Shown: piece by piece, positions 1-9,315 of the stretch
How positions within the stretch are numbered: position 1 is the stretch's first letter
Layout: each line of letters opens with the position of its first letter
Origin: an uncultured virus (IMG/VR IMGVR_UViG_2875882051_000003)
Lineage: Duplodnaviria; Heunggongvirae; Uroviricota; Caudoviricetes
Strand: one strand, 5' to 3'
IMG/VR virus record: IMGVR_UViG_2875882051_000003
DNA: 20,000 nucleotides
The notes under the pieces: model-generated
What the model saw: the letters and a program-made list of their open reading frames with translations, nothing else
Told to the model about the DNA's origin: nothing
The model's database searches: none
Made by a program: the position numbers and the translations under genes

Positions 1-2
1 TA

Positions 3-623
3 AAAATGCAGTCGGCTCCATTAAAAGAAACTAAAATAGAAAAAATAAATGAGTATAAAGATAAAGATATAAACGGTACTAAATACAAAAATGTTGTAGA
101 ATTTAATGTAACTGAAACTTTACATGATGCTTATGACGATAAAGATGTGAACAATCAATATAAACGATATGTTGTTAGTGAAGATGGAAATTGGAAATTA
201 TGTAGTTCAGATGAAAAAACAGATATTAAAGAAGATATAGCTAAAGAAATGGCTAGAGTTTCAGGAATGTATATAGATGGAAGAGGACAAACAAAGGATT
301 TAAATAAAGCAGCATCAATATTAACAGAAACGGTTAGTATTAAACCTGAGTATGCTCAAACTTATTATATACTAGGTACTACTTTATCAAAGCTGGGAAG
401 ATATGATGAATCTATAAATAATATACAGGAGTTTCTAAATAAAACTAACGATGATAAGGGAAAATCTGATGCATATAATGTTTTGGGAGTAGATTATGAA
501 GTAAAGAAAGACTATTCTAAAGCTAAAGAGAATTATAATAAAGCTATCGAATTAGATAATAATAATCAATATGCAAAAACTAATTTAGAGAGGGTAAATA
601 ATTTAAGTAAGTTAGGATTTTAA
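3..623 (+). CDS. TPR-repeat protein, probably 5'-truncated by the window; moron-like gene upstream of the xkdP-like gene
   Basis: Frame is open from the window edge. C-terminal TPR helices: YAQTYYILGTTLSKLGRYDESI and SDAYNVLGVDYEVKKDYSKAKENYNKAIELDNNNQYAKTNL. Followed by its own terminator. Confidence 0.75.
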   Translation, partial: KMQSAPLKETKIEKINEYKDKDINGTKYKNVVEFNVTETLHDAYDDKDVNNQYKRYVVSEDGNWKLCSSDEKTDIKEDIAKEMARVSGMYIDGRGQTKDLNKAASILTETVSIKPEYAQTYYILGTTLSKLGRYDESINNIQEFLNKTNDDKGKSDAYNVLGVDYEVKKDYSKAKENYNKAIELDNNNQYAKTNLERVNNLSKLGF

Positions 624-629
624 AACTAA

Positions 630-677
630 AATAATAGAAGCATCTATAATAAATTTATTGTAGGTGCTTTTATTATT
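630..677 (+). terminator. Rho-independent terminator after the TPR gene
   Basis: Inverted repeat aataatagaagcatctataataa / ttattgtaggtgcttttattatt, with G-U pairs on the + strand. Confidence 0.75.
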
Positions 678-704
678 ACTCAATATTTGAATGGAGCTGA
701 GATA

Positions 705-1391
705 TTGGACGTATATTTAAAAGATGAATCAAAGAGTTATACTCTGCAGTTTCCTGTTAATCCACTAGATAAGATATCTAATCCTAAAGAGAAAAAATAT
801 ATAACTGCAGATATTATAAATTTTGGAGAAGTTGATATTTCTCAAAAGGGAAGCAAAATAAGAGAAATAAGTTTTAATTCATTATTCCCAAAAGAATATG
901 ATTCCTATTGTAGATATGTTCCGAATATGCTGCCTATTGATTATGTTAATACAATTCAGTTTTGGATAGATGCAGATATACCAGTTAGGCTTATAATAAC
1001 GGATTTAAATATAAATGAATTAGTTAATATAAGTAAGTTTGAAACAGAAGTACGAGGCGGAGAAGTAGATGATATTTACTTTAGTATTACTTTTAGGACT
1101 TATAGGGAATTGAAAATTGAAACAGTAAACAATTCTTCGAGTTCTTATTCAGGTGGGCTTCAGGATAATAGGGCAGATAATAATTCAAATCAATATATAG
1201 ATGGCGATGTGGTTAAAGTAACTGCAAGTGCATTGAATGTAAGAGATGGACCAGGAACTGATAACAATGTTTTAGGCGTAGTTTATAATGGTGAACAATT
1301 AACGATATTCAGGCAGTATGGTAATTGGGCCGACACATATTTTGGTGATCATGGAGGTTATGTATGCTTAGACTATGTAATAAAGGTGTGA
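705..1391 (+). CDS. XkdP-like tail tube initiator with a C-terminal SH3b domain
   Basis: N-terminal FPVNP...GE...REISFNSLFP...DIYFSITFRTYR motifs and C-terminal VTASALNVRDGPGTDNNVLGVV...GNW (SH3_3). TTG at 705 follows GGAG at 693-696 (ORF track start is 687). Confidence 0.75.
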   Translation: MDVYLKDESKSYTLQFPVNPLDKISNPKEKKYITADIINFGEVDISQKGSKIREISFNSLFPKEYDSYCRYVPNMLPIDYVNTIQFWIDADIPVRLIITDLNINELVNISKFETEVRGGEVDDIYFSITFRTYRELKIETVNNSSSSYSGGLQDNRADNNSNQYIDGDVVKVTASALNVRDGPGTDNNVLGVVYNGEQLTIFRQYGNWADTYFGDHGGYVCLDYVIKV

Positions 1392-1395
1392 TTGT

Positions 1396-2412
1396 ATGGA
1401 ACTTGTTTTAAAAAATAAATATAAGATACAAATATTAAGCGAGTCTGTAACACTTAAAGAAGCGATAGATGGAATAGCTTATACATTAAATATATCTCTC
1501 ATAGAAACTCAAGAATTAGAAAGTATAGGTATTAATAAAGGGGATTCTATAGAGCTTTTTGATAATGAGTTTGGTAGTGGATCTTATACTCAAGTTTTTA
1601 ACGGAATTATATGGGAGATAAATAAAAATAAAAAATCTAAGAAAATCACAATAACAGGAAAAGAAAGAACGGTTGTTATTGAAGAGTCTGAGGATGAATA
1701 CTTGTGGAGTGATGGACAGACAGCGTCACAAAGGACTAAGATAATTTGTGATGATTGGGGAATACCTATAGGTAATCTTATAGAAACTGGAACTGGGTTA
1801 GCTAAAGATAAAAGAAAAGAGTCTTTATATGGAATGATAAAGAAAGACTTAAAAGAGACTGCTCAAAAAGGTGGAGATCTTTATAAACTAAGAATGAATA
1901 CAAGTTTAGATATAATTAAGCTTGGATCAAATGAAACTATTTATAAATTAGATAATATCATTGAAGAGTTAGAAGAAAAAGACAGCTTAGATGGTGCAGT
2001 AACTCAAGTTAAGGTACTTGGAAAAGAAGATACAAAGAAAAGAGGTAGAAAAAGTAAGTCTGATAGTTCTGGGAGTTCAGATGAGAAGGAGCTTGTATTG
2101 TCTCCGATTATAGGCGTATTTAAAAAAGATACCGAAACCTATGGAACATTACAAAAAATAGTGGATGATGATAAAGTAGACGATTATGCTAAAGCACAAG
2201 CTAAAGCTAATTGTCTTTTTTCGTCTGGTGAATCAAGCAAAACAGTTAATTGTTGTAAAGATATAAATATTCTAAGAAGTGGAGACAAAGTCAGTATTTA
2301 TGATGAAGAAGTTATTATAACTGATATCACTCATAATTTAGGTTCTGGTGGGAAAATGACTTTAACTGTTATGAAAATTGATGATGTAAGGAGGAAATTC
2401 TATAGTGAGTAA
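1396..2412 (+). CDS. XkdQ/YqbQ-like baseplate hub protein
   Basis: 338 aa, TASQ..K.ICDDWGIPIG and YGTLQKIV motifs, and position after the xkdP-like gene. Confidence 0.8.
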   Translation: MELVLKNKYKIQILSESVTLKEAIDGIAYTLNISLIETQELESIGINKGDSIELFDNEFGSGSYTQVFNGIIWEINKNKKSKKITITGKERTVVIEESEDEYLWSDGQTASQRTKIICDDWGIPIGNLIETGTGLAKDKRKESLYGMIKKDLKETAQKGGDLYKLRMNTSLDIIKLGSNETIYKLDNIIEELEEKDSLDGAVTQVKVLGKEDTKKRGRKSKSDSSGSSDEKELVLSPIIGVFKKDTETYGTLQKIVDDDKVDDYAKAQAKANCLFSSGESSKTVNCCKDINILRSGDKVSIYDEEVIITDITHNLGSGGKMTLTVMKIDDVRRKFYSE

Positions 2413-2752
2413 TAATGATGGAGATGTATTTAATGAAATTAAAAGATTAATGGATAGCAATACACATGGAGCTATTAAAGGAGTTATAGAAGGAACTGGA
2501 CTTACGTTAGGAAGTATAACGGAAACTGGCCTTAAGCTAGACAATTTTAAACATGAATTTACGGATTACATGGTCTTAGATTATTTAAAGATGGAAGACA
2601 ACTATACAACAGAATTAGCAGGTGATCCAAGTCATTCTCATGAAATTAAAACACCTAGTAATCTTACAAGATTAAATATAGGAGATAAAGTTTTAGTTGC
2701 TCAGTTTGGAGCTGATAATGTGGTTATAGGAAGGGTGGTTTCAAATGGCTGA
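2405..2752 (+). CDS. XkdR-like (DUF2577) baseplate spike protein
   Basis: 115 aa, HSHEI (HxH) motif, C-terminal LNIGDKVLV...VIGRV, RBS AGGAGG, synteny. Confidence 0.75.
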   Translation: MSNNDGDVFNEIKRLMDSNTHGAIKGVIEGTGLTLGSITETGLKLDNFKHEFTDYMVLDYLKMEDNYTTELAGDPSHSHEIKTPSNLTRLNIGDKVLVAQFGADNVVIGRVVSNG

Positions 2753-3185
2753 TTTATTTCCAAGTGGAAGTTTAGAGTCAACTAATTTAGAGAATAATTC
2801 ATTAGCTAATGAATTTAAAGGATCATATGCGGTTAATTTTGATACTATGGAATTTGTTAAAAATTCTGATGGAACAATAAAAATACTTAATGTCTATGAA
2901 ACTTATATTCAATGGTGCCAGTTGGCTATGATGACCGCCAGATATAAGTATAGAGCATATACCAGTAGGTTTGGTAGAGATATTATAGGTAAAATGATAG
3001 ATCAAAAAGCCATGGAATTAGAAATTAAAAGAGTTACAATAGAGGCACTAATGGTTCATCCAATGACTTCAAGTGTAGATAATTTTGTATTTGCATGGGA
3101 AAATGGCGAAGTTTATTACACCTATGAAGTCACAGCTACAAGTGGGCAGAGCACAGTTATTTCAAATACAGAAAAAGTGGGGTGA
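2745..3185 (+). CDS. XkdS-like (DUF2634) baseplate wedge / sheath initiator
   Basis: IQWCQLAMMTARYKYRAYTSRFG...EIKRVTIEALMVHP motif and synteny. Confidence 0.85.
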   Translation: MADLFPSGSLESTNLENNSLANEFKGSYAVNFDTMEFVKNSDGTIKILNVYETYIQWCQLAMMTARYKYRAYTSRFGRDIIGKMIDQKAMELEIKRVTIEALMVHPMTSSVDNFVFAWENGEVYYTYEVTATSGQSTVISNTEKVG

Positions 3186-3192
3186 TTAAATT

Positions 3193-4296
3193 ATGGCGGA
3201 TTTAATTCTTCCGGATTTTATAACAGAAAGTGCCAATGATATTCATGCTAGGATGATTGCAGAAGCTCCAGAGAATATTTCAACTATTGAAGGTGATATG
3301 TTTTGGAATTCGACAAAGCCATCAGCTAAAGAGATAGCAAGAGCTAAAAATATAGCACTTAAGAAAATTTTATATTCAAGGTTTCCACAAACAGCTAATG
3401 ATAATGACTTGGATTGTTGTGGTGAAGAATCAGGGGTTAAAAGAAATGATGCTGATTATGCAATACAAAAGATGTTATTTATCGGTGCAGAGGGAACTAC
3501 AATAGAAAAAGGTAGAATAGTTTGTACAGAAGCTACAGAGGAAAATTCATCAATTGAGTTTAGTATTTTAGATACAGTTACTATAGATTCAAGCGGTGAA
3601 GCTACGGTGAATGCAAAATGTACAATAGAGGGCACGATAGGAAATGTAGCTATAGGAGAAGTTAAAATATTAGCTAAATCTCTAAATGGAATTTCTAGTG
3701 CTTCAAATATAGAAATAATCCAAAATGGCGTTGATAAAGAAGATAACGAAAGTTATAGACAACGAATATTAGAAAAAGACAGAAAGCCAATTACAAGTGG
3801 CAATAAGTACCATTATGAAATGTGGGCTAAAGAAGTTGATGGAGTTGGAGCTGCTAAATGTATTCCAGCGCCTGGTAATGTAAAAGTAATAATTACAGAT
3901 GTAAATAAACATGCAGCTACAGCTGAACTTATTAAAAAGGTTTATGATTATATAGATTCTGTAAGACCAGTTTTAGCAGGGACATTAACAGTTGTAAGTG
4001 CAGTTGAAAAGCCTATTAATGTGACAGCTAATGTGCAGCTAGTAAAAGGATATAATCTAGGTACTGCTCAGAAAGAATTTAGTGATTCCATTGATAAGTA
4101 TTTAAAAGAAATTCATTTTGATTCTACCAATACTACGAGCAACTATGTAAGTATAGCAAAGGCAGGGAATTTGCTTTTTAGCGTAACTGGTGTAATAGAT
4201 CATGCTGATTTAAAAATTAATGGATTAACATCTAATATAAGTCTTGCAGATGAAGAAATTGCGGTTCTTGGTACTGTAAATTTAGGAGTGATGTAG
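3193..4296 (+). CDS. Baseplate J / XkdT-like protein
   Basis: 367 aa, G.D.E..ESYRQRI and SGNKYHYEMWAKEVDGVG motifs. Confidence 0.9.
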   Translation: MADLILPDFITESANDIHARMIAEAPENISTIEGDMFWNSTKPSAKEIARAKNIALKKILYSRFPQTANDNDLDCCGEESGVKRNDADYAIQKMLFIGAEGTTIEKGRIVCTEATEENSSIEFSILDTVTIDSSGEATVNAKCTIEGTIGNVAIGEVKILAKSLNGISSASNIEIIQNGVDKEDNESYRQRILEKDRKPITSGNKYHYEMWAKEVDGVGAAKCIPAPGNVKVIITDVNKHAATAELIKKVYDYIDSVRPVLAGTLTVVSAVEKPINVTANVQLVKGYNLGTAQKEFSDSIDKYLKEIHFDSTNTTSNYVSIAKAGNLLFSVTGVIDHADLKINGLTSNISLADEEIAVLGTVNLGVM

Positions 4297-6444
4297 TTGG
4301 ATGTAAGCAAATTTAATGAAAAGCTTAATAGAGTAGATGGTCATACTTATGTTATAGAAGAAACTGTTTATCCTGTAAATGGAATATACGAAAAAGAGCT
4401 TATACATGATAATGTAAATATCACAACTCTTAATGTGTATACTGGAAGTAGATTGACAGGAGATAAAATTGATTCTTACTCAACTTCAACGCCAAGTATG
4501 ACTCCGTGGAAAACTATAATAAGGATATTTAGCAGCATATCACCTTTATATATAAGTTATGAGACTACAGGAGATCAGATTGAAGCTGAAGATATAAACA
4601 ATCTTCAAGATGCAGTTGTTGAAACTCAAAAAAGTCTTAATAGCGAAATTGATAGAGCTATAGGTGCCGAAAAAGCACTAACTGACAATTTAAATACAGA
4701 AATATCAAGGGCAAAGAGTTCAGAAAATATGTTAACAAATAACTTGAATTCTGAGATTACTAGAGCAAAAGGTGCAGAAAGTACATTAACTAATAATTTG
4801 ATTAATGAAGTTAATAGAGCGACAGCAGCGGAAAACAATTTAAATAATAGTATTAATTCAGAAGTAAATAGGGCTAAATCAGCTGAAAGTACTTTGGCAG
4901 TTAATCTTAACTCTGAAGTAACAAGAGCTACTAATGCAGAGATCAACCTAACCAATAATCTTAATTCTGAAATTACTCGTGCTAAAGCTGCAGAAAATAC
5001 ATTAACAAATACAATTAACACAAATAAGCCTAATTGGGATGACAAGTATACAAAAAATGAAGTTGATAATAAAATAAGCCAGGTTGTTAGTAATATGGAC
5101 TGGAAAGAGTCTGTAGGGACTTATGTTGATATAGCAACAACTTATCCAACACCTAATGATGGATGGACAGTTAATGTTAAAGATACAGATATCACTTATA
5201 GGTATAGTGGAAGTGCATGGATTCCTATTAGTGCTAACGCTATTCCTTTAGCTTCATCTAGCGTTGATGGTAAGATGTCAAAGCAAGATAAGATAGACCA
5301 TGATGATATGAATAGTAAAAAACATACACATTCTAATAAAGGGATTATAGATATTATTACTCAAGCTTTAATTGATAACTGGAATGCTGCTTATACCCAT
5401 ATTTCAGATACAGTAAAACATATTACAGCAACAGAAAGGACATTGTGGAATTCAGTAAGTAATAAATCAGATGTAGGACATACTCATGTAGCTGTAAATA
5501 TTACTGATTTAATATCTACAATAAGATCATGTGCACTAACTGGTTTATCTACTACTACAAATTCAATAATTAGCGCGTCTGATACTATACTTGGAGCATT
5601 AGGGAAATTACAGTCCCAAATTACAGCAAATTTAAGTACTCTAACCAATCATACTAGTAATACAAATAATCCTCATTCGACTACTGCAAGCCAAATAGGA
5701 TTAGGGAATGTTACAAATGATTCTCAGGTAAAAAGAAGTGAAATGGGCGCTGTTAATGGAGTGGCCACACTTGATAGTTCTGGTGTCAATAGTCAAGCTC
5801 CAAAATCTCATACTCATGATGATAGATATTATACAGAATCAGAAGCAAATGCAAAGTTTGCAACAATAGCACAAATAACACAGGCAGGATATGGCGATAT
5901 GATGAAGAATGTATATGATTCTGATAATGATGGAGTTATAGATATTTCTAAGGCGATACAGAAATATATGACACCTAATAGTTCATCAAGTTATACAGGG
6001 CAATATAGTAAAATTGCTTCAATAACAATTACATCTCAATATAAAGATGCTAATGCTATTATAGATATAACTAGCACTGGAAGTGGAAATAGCATTCAAA
6101 CGAAAGGAACTCTTTATTTTAGAGTCAAGCAACAAAATGCATTGGGATCTCTTCCATATATTGATTTAAAAATAGTTAATTCTGAGGTTATAGGAAATGG
6201 TAATTTCGTTGCTGTTATAACTATCAATACATCAACTGTTACAACAGTAGAACTTTATTATAAAGCTGTTCAATCTTATGATGCACTTGTATTTGTTCCA
6301 ATATATAATAATGATTTTATTTTCTATAATAATCAAGCGTTTATATCATCTTTGCCTAGTGGAAATCAGATTGCATGTCTGAACTTAGTGTCAAATGGGA
6401 CATTGAAACCAGGTTTAACATGGAATGATTTAGAGGGGGTATAG
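4297..6444 (+). CDS. Long tail-fibre-like structural protein (coiled-coil repeats, HxH motifs, variable C-terminal head)
   Basis: TTG start after AGGAG, 7x18-aa repeat, three HTH tripeptides, HTSNTNNPHSTTASQIGLGNVTND fibre motif, GDMMKNVYDSDNDG motif. Confidence 0.7.
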   Translation: MDVSKFNEKLNRVDGHTYVIEETVYPVNGIYEKELIHDNVNITTLNVYTGSRLTGDKIDSYSTSTPSMTPWKTIIRIFSSISPLYISYETTGDQIEAEDINNLQDAVVETQKSLNSEIDRAIGAEKALTDNLNTEISRAKSSENMLTNNLNSEITRAKGAESTLTNNLINEVNRATAAENNLNNSINSEVNRAKSAESTLAVNLNSEVTRATNAEINLTNNLNSEITRAKAAENTLTNTINTNKPNWDDKYTKNEVDNKISQVVSNMDWKESVGTYVDIATTYPTPNDGWTVNVKDTDITYRYSGSAWIPISANAIPLASSSVDGKMSKQDKIDHDDMNSKKHTHSNKGIIDIITQALIDNWNAAYTHISDTVKHITATERTLWNSVSNKSDVGHTHVAVNITDLISTIRSCALTGLSTTTNSIISASDTILGALGKLQSQITANLSTLTNHTSNTNNPHSTTASQIGLGNVTNDSQVKRSEMGAVNGVATLDSSGVNSQAPKSHTHDDRYYTESEANAKFATIAQITQAGYGDMMKNVYDSDNDGVIDISKAIQKYMTPNSSSSYTGQYSKIASITITSQYKDANAIIDITSTGSGNSIQTKGTLYFRVKQQNALGSLPYIDLKIVNSEVIGNGNFVAVITINTSTVTTVELYYKAVQSYDALVFVPIYNNDFIFYNNQAFISSLPSGNQIACLNLVSNGTLKPGLTWNDLEGV
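4633..5010 (+). repeat. Seven degenerate 54-nt (18-aa) tandem repeats, consensus NLNSEITRAKxAExxLTN
   Basis: Read directly from the translation, from SLNSEIDRAIGAEKALTD to NLNSEITRAKAAENTLTN. Confidence 0.9.
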
Positions 6445-6445
6445 C

Positions 6446-7060
6446 ATGTATGGGTCAAATCAATATGGTGTAGTAAAGTATGCAGAGAACATACCGACAC
6501 CAGAAGATATAAGCAAATACAAGATTAATTTAACAAAATATGTACCTACTTTTGTAAGTGAAATTCCAGAAATGAAAGCTTCCTATGATGTGCAAGGCAC
6601 CGAATTAGGAAGCTTTTTGTATTATGCGGACGACATTAAAAAACAATTACATATAGATACAGCTATATGGGGGTTAATCTTTTGGGAAGAAAGATATGGG
6701 ATTGAAACTAACTTAGCCTTAAGCTATGAGCAAAGAAGAGAGATTGTAAAAGCTAAGAAAAAAGGTCAAGGAACTACAACAAAACAGATGATTAAAAACG
6801 TAGCTGAAACCTTCTCTGGTGGAGAAGTTGATGTGATTGAAAATACAGCACCATATACATTTACTATTCAGTTCATGGGAGTTAAAGGAATTCCACGTAA
6901 TATGCAGGCATTTATTAATATGCTAGAGGATATTAAACCAGCTCACTTGGGATATGTATTTAAGTATACTTATACCAATTGGGACTATTTAGATAGTAAA
7001 AAACTATCTTGGAATAATGCTGAAAACAATACTTGGAATCAGCTAGAAATATACGATTAA
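6446..7060 (+). CDS. XkdU/YmfQ-like (DUF2313) baseplate protein
   Basis: DTAIWGLIFWEERYGI...RREIVKAK.KGQGTTT...IKPAHL motifs. Confidence 0.88.
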   Translation: MYGSNQYGVVKYAENIPTPEDISKYKINLTKYVPTFVSEIPEMKASYDVQGTELGSFLYYADDIKKQLHIDTAIWGLIFWEERYGIETNLALSYEQRREIVKAKKKGQGTTTKQMIKNVAETFSGGEVDVIENTAPYTFTIQFMGVKGIPRNMQAFINMLEDIKPAHLGYVFKYTYTNWDYLDSKKLSWNNAENNTWNQLEIYD

Positions 7061-7073
7061 GGAGGATGATTAA

Positions 7074-8078
7074 ATGCAATTATCAACTAATTACATGTTA
7101 AAAATGCCTGAAGGAACAGACAATGTTAAAAGGCAAGATTTTGTAGATAACTTTGCAAAAATTGATTCTGTAATGAAAGAACATGATACGCACTTGTCAG
7201 ATATGGTGTATCAAACAGCAGGCGGATCTGCTACAGCAATAACACTTACAATTAAAGGAACGCTAGTAACTGGATATCCAATAACTTTTATAGCAAGTGC
7301 AAACAATGGTGGAGCCGCAACTACTATAAATGGTAAAAAATTATATAAACCAGGAACAACAACATCACCAAACTTAATAGCAGGAAAGGCATATACTGTA
7401 TGGTATAACTCGATAAGTGACTGTTTTTTTATTAAAGCTAGTGCAGAAGGGGATGCAGATGTCTCTAATGTACTAGCAACTAAAAAATTTAGTAATGATA
7501 ATGATACAGGATTAGTTGGAACAATGCCTAACAATGGGGCAGTAAATCAGTCTTTGCCTATAAACGGTTCTTATACAATTCCAAAAGGATTCCATGATGG
7601 AACTGGAAAAGTAACTCAAAGTATTCCAACAAAAGCTGGAATAACAATAAATCCTAGTACGTCACAGCAAGTAATAGCAGCAGGTCAATACTTGTCTGGT
7701 GATCAAACAATAGCAGCTATAACTGGAACAGCAACAGATGCAGATGTAGTAGCAGGTAAAACATATAATTCAGCAGCGGGTATATTACGTACTGGAAGTG
7801 CAACAATAGCAAGTTTAGGTGGAAGACAATTTAAAAGTGGTTCATTTGTTGGAAATCTTGGTGCAGTTACGGTAAACTTACCATTCAAACCTAGCATAGT
7901 GTATATGTATTGGAATTATTACGGCACTTTAATAAAGAGCGTTCTTTTTAGCGTTATTGATCCAAATACGTTCTATAACTTGAGTGGAACTGCTACTGAA
8001 GCAGGTAGTGTTGGAAATAACTTTTTCACAAGAAACGGGACGGGCGATGCTACTTGGTATTGGTATGCTTGGGAATAA
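7074..8078 (+). CDS. Tail fibre / receptor-binding protein
   Basis: N-terminal STNY.LK.PEGTD.V...F.DNF.KID anchor, GTMPNNG and YTIPKGFHDGTGKV repeats, GTATDADVVAGKTY, aromatic C-terminus. Confidence 0.75.
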   Translation: MQLSTNYMLKMPEGTDNVKRQDFVDNFAKIDSVMKEHDTHLSDMVYQTAGGSATAITLTIKGTLVTGYPITFIASANNGGAATTINGKKLYKPGTTTSPNLIAGKAYTVWYNSISDCFFIKASAEGDADVSNVLATKKFSNDNDTGLVGTMPNNGAVNQSLPINGSYTIPKGFHDGTGKVTQSIPTKAGITINPSTSQQVIAAGQYLSGDQTIAAITGTATDADVVAGKTYNSAAGILRTGSATIASLGGRQFKSGSFVGNLGAVTVNLPFKPSIVYMYWNYYGTLIKSVLFSVIDPNTFYNLSGTATEAGSVGNNFFTRNGTGDATWYWYAWE

Positions 8079-8107
8079 ATTTAATTAAAAATAGGGAGTG
8101 AACAATT

Positions 8108-8386
8108 ATGAAAACATTAGTAATATATGACAATGTAGGTTATATATATTTACAATTAACATCAGATGACAATAGAATACCGCAAGGAGGAATTAATTAT
8201 TTAGAAGTAGAAGTTCCAGGGGGGAAAATTATAAAAAGCATTGATATTTCCGTTACACCAAACGAACCAATATATGAAGATATGCCTAAATCAGAATTAG
8301 AACTTTTAAAAGAACAGGTGGATAATCTAACAGAAGCAAATGCAGAATTGACAAGTATAGTAGCAATGGAAAAAAACAATGCTTAG
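8108..8386 (+). CDS. Small phage tail accessory protein (possible fibre chaperone)
   Basis: 92 aa, RBS GGGAG, C-terminal coiled coil, position after the fibre gene. Confidence 0.6.
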   Translation: MKTLVIYDNVGYIYLQLTSDDNRIPQGGINYLEVEVPGGKIIKSIDISVTPNEPIYEDMPKSELELLKEQVDNLTEANAELTSIVAMEKNNA

Positions 8387-8420
8387 GATAATAAATTTAA
8401 ATTTAAGGAGAGTGTTTAGA

Positions 8421-8579
8421 ATGCAATTTAACAAGAACAGTGGATGTGTAAAAGTATGGATAACATTAATAGTAGGAGGTACTTACGAATATAAGGATGT
8501 TCCTAATCTCTTGAATCTACAAGAACAGGTAAAATTAGTCCTTGTAGATATGGGTGCTATGGAAGATATAACTATATAA
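8421..8579 (+). CDS. XkdX/CD1375-like small phage protein
   Basis: ATG at 8421 after AAGGAG. W..LI..G.Y...DVP.L..L.EQVK.VL pattern. Confidence 0.6.
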   Translation: MQFNKNSGCVKVWITLIVGGTYEYKDVPNLLNLQEQVKLVLVDMGAMEDITI

Positions 8580-8619
8580 GATACCGCATCATAGGAAAAA
8601 ATGACGCATCAAAACAAAT

Positions 8620-8880
8620 AAAAAAGCAATAATTAAGGCCTTTAGGTGGTCTTTTTTATTGCTTTAAATTACCACTTATACCACTCAAAAAGATAATAAT
8701 TTAGTAGGTCATGAGAAAAACTAAAAATATTCAGTAAGTAATATCCTCAACCTTTTTAGATATAAGATACCTCGACAGAGATTTAGTTTATATAAACCAT
8801 ATTAAAATAAATTTTTTAATTAATCATAATTTATTTTAATTCTATAACTGTAGTATGCCTAAGGTGTAATAAAATATACA
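8620..8880 (-). ncRNA. Candidate SigG-dependent ORF-less transcript between the tail and lysis genes
   Basis: Minus strand reads tGTATA-N17-CATACTA (8880-8851). Only very short ORFs follow. Ends at the 8623-8665 hairpin. Confidence 0.45.
8623..8665. terminator. Probably bidirectional terminator at the end of the tail genes
   Basis: aaagcaataa-ttaaggcc...ggtctt-tt-ttattgcttt inverted repeat with flanking A and T runs. Confidence 0.7.
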
Positions 8881-8930
8881 GTTATTTATAATTTATTTTT
8901 ATACAAAATTTGGAGTAAGGAAGTGAAAAA

Positions 8931-9215
8931 ATGGATGCGACAACAATAGGGATTATTTGCACTATATCTGGCGCTATAATTGGTTATTTAGGTTATAAAA
9001 GGACATTCATAAAAGATGTAAAAGAAGAAAGCAACTCGCAGACAAAATTAGAAATGCAACTTAATTATATATCTAGAGGTGTTGACGATATAAAACTAGA
9101 TATGAAAATGCAGGATAAAAAGATTAATGATGTTATTGAAAGAGTTGCAAAAGTTGAGGAATCAACTAAATCAGCACATCACAGATTAGATAATTTTGAG
9201 AAAGAGACAATGTAA
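8931..9215 (+). CDS. XhlA-like membrane lysis accessory protein
   Basis: N-terminal TM helix, coiled coil ending RVAKVEESTKSAHHRLD, position before the holin and lysin. Confidence 0.65.
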   Translation: MDATTIGIICTISGAIIGYLGYKRTFIKDVKEESNSQTKLEMQLNYISRGVDDIKLDMKMQDKKINDVIERVAKVEESTKSAHHRLDNFEKETM

Positions 9216-9235
9216 AATTAGAATATAAATATAAG

Positions 9236-9263
9236 TTGCGCGTGTTACCTTTTATGTTAAAAT
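9236..9263 (+). promoter_or_regulatory. SigA-like promoter of the moron
   Basis: TTGCGC-N16-TAAAAT with an extended TG. Confidence 0.5.
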
Positions 9264-9315
9264 ATAGTATGGTATTAAAAATATTTTATTATATTCTTAA
9301 ATAAGGGGGAAAATT

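Noticed and set aside
4626..5045. Antisense ORF over the 54-nt repeats, and other antisense ORFs (2362, 2823, 7211, 7703, 8197, 9445, 11544, 14964, 16319, 17374)
   Set aside because: Shadow frames of real genes, with no protein-like features.
7830..8078. Possible DGR variable region or invertible segment at the fibre C-terminus
   Set aside because: No template repeat, reverse transcriptase, invertase or alternative fibre ends were seen. A remote template cannot be excluded.
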